64,000 bases of DNA from Octopus sinensis (taxonomy: Eukaryota), in contig NC_042998.1 in NCBI RefSeq assembly GCF_006345805.1, positions 198,400,001-198,464,000 on the forward strand, given 5' to 3'. Below the pieces are notes generated by a model. It saw only the letters and a program-made list of their open reading frames with translations, was not told the origin of the DNA and ran no database searches. Made by a program: the position numbers and the translations under genes. Shown here in pieces: positions 62,500-64,000 of this stretch. Each line of letters opens with the position of its first letter. The first letter of the stretch is position 1.

Positions 62500-63501
62500 A
62501 AGAAACAAGAGCCAGCTGACCCCTCGTATTTCAGCCCCTCGTGCCCTACCTACTATAAAGCCTGCCACCCACCACCTCTCGTGGAGATTGTACCCTTGCG
62601 ACCTACATGGCGAGCTCACTAGTGATGTTGGCACGAAAACAAGCACTCGGTATACGTTGTAAATTGTTTGTCGTTAAAAAAAGGACATGCAGACATCGAA
62701 AACATGCCAAAGCGGACATTGGAACACGATGCAATCCGTGCCCAAATCGGATCCTGTCAACCCGCCCAACCCATGCAAGCACGGACCATGACCGCTAAAC
62801 GATGATGGATGTTGATTAAAAATATATCGTTGCTACAAACAAAATACAGAGCACTTAGGTCTAATAGTATGCATGTATGTATGTATGTAGGTAGGTAGGT
62901 ACTTTTTGAAGTACCTGTACGGTAGTGTATACTGACTGACACGTTGTCAATTTCCATTTGTTTATTTTATTTGTTAGATTTTTCCCCGTAACACAACGAA
63001 GCAACAAATTATAAATAAAGAGAACGGCAAAGAGAGAAATGGCGACTCGCCATGTGGGAAAATTAATTTACAGAAATACCACCACCACCACGACCCACCC
63101 TTCATGCAAACACCAGTAATCGCCACCGCCTTCATGTCTGGCGAAGTATTATTATTGCTACCATACCACTACTACTACTACTGCTACTATTATCATAACC
63201 ACCACTATTGCCACTAATATCAACACTACTACTAAGATTTACAACTACTATCACCATCGTTCCTATTTCAAGGTAGCCACATACCATGTTAAGATAGGCG
63301 CAACATCCACCCACGATTTCGGGGTCACAGTAACGAAATCAATTGCGCGCGCGCGCATGTGTGTGTGTAGATAGATAGAGACAGACAGACAGATAGATAA
63401 ATAGATAGACTTGTTTAGATAGACAGATAGATAGATAGATAAACAGACAGACAGACAGACTTGGATAGATAGATAGATAGATAGATAGATAGACAGACAG
63501 G

Positions 63502-63589
<88 letters not shown>

Positions 63590-63634
63590 GATAGATAGAT
63601 AGACAGATAGATAGGTGGATAGATAGATAGATAG

Positions 63635-63694
<60 letters not shown>

Positions 63695-64000
63695 CAGATA
63701 GATAGACAGATAGATGGATAGATAGATAGATGGCTAGATAAACAGATAGATAGACAGACAGTCTTATTTAGACAGATAATCACACATGATTTCTTAGGGT
63801 GTACATATGTGGACGTCTTAAATTGTAGAAACAGGTTTCTTCATCAAAGCTGATCATATACACTTCGTCGAGTTTCTCCTCGTCTATGTATTTCTTTAGG
63901 CGGCAAGATTGTGTGTATGCGTGCACGCAGGTCGTTGTTTGCTTAGCAGGTCACTACTTCAATATTTACAAACAACTGACGATAAAAGTGTAACGTAATC
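62500..64000. promoter_or_regulatory. CpG-rich region, probably promoter-proximal to FNIP, with an inverted pair of YY1-like motifs
   Basis: Unique sequence here has visibly more CG dinucleotides than the rest of the intron; AAATGGCG-ACT-CGCCATGT at 63037-63055. Confidence 0.4.
63368..63778. repeat. (ATAG)n/(ACAG)n tetranucleotide microsatellite
   Basis: Direct inspection. Confidence 0.97.

Noticed and set aside
63039-63090. ATGGCG as a plus-strand start codon of a neighbouring gene
   Set aside because: The frame closes after about 26 codons of low-complexity sequence with no donor or homology; better read as a YY1-like motif.

Overview
This is AT-rich, repeat-dense eukaryotic genomic DNA. 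The SINE/LINE families and microsatellite load look like an Octopus (coleoid cephalopod) genome; that assignment is from recall, not a database search. The only host gene I can support is a minus-strand folliculin-interacting protein gene (FNIP1/2 ortholog). Four exons are recognisable by peptide: 32065-32188, 4780-4880, 3828-3893 and 1113-1195. A probable fifth exon at 17357-17419 has a degenerate tandem twin at 16847-16912. The ATG-bearing first exon was not found and probably lies beyond the right edge, where the sequence becomes CpG-rich; the 3' exons lie left of the window. The rest is intron filled with retroelements and DNA transposons: more than 30 copies of a (GAT)n-tailed RTE-linked repeat with an internal VNTR, several tRNA-derived SINE families (one inserting as a dimer), CR1/L2- and RTE-type LINE 3' fragments, piggyBac-, hAT- and Merlin-like MITEs, six non-autonomous Helitrons, and long microsatellites. 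Almost all ORFs in the supplied track are repeat artefacts. The most notable observations are: (1) the duplicated exon with a stop-containing twin that keeps its splice sites; (2) a Helitron subfamily whose long terminal hairpin occurs in two loop orientations (flip/flop); (3) a 48-bp fold-back with a single A-C mismatch in the pre-mRNA; (4) dimeric SINEs flanked by target-site duplications; (5) in-window evidence linking the dominant repeat to an RTE LINE. There is no CRISPR array, rRNA or true tRNA gene. Repeat boundaries are read by eye and approximate unless TSDs or TIRs are quoted.
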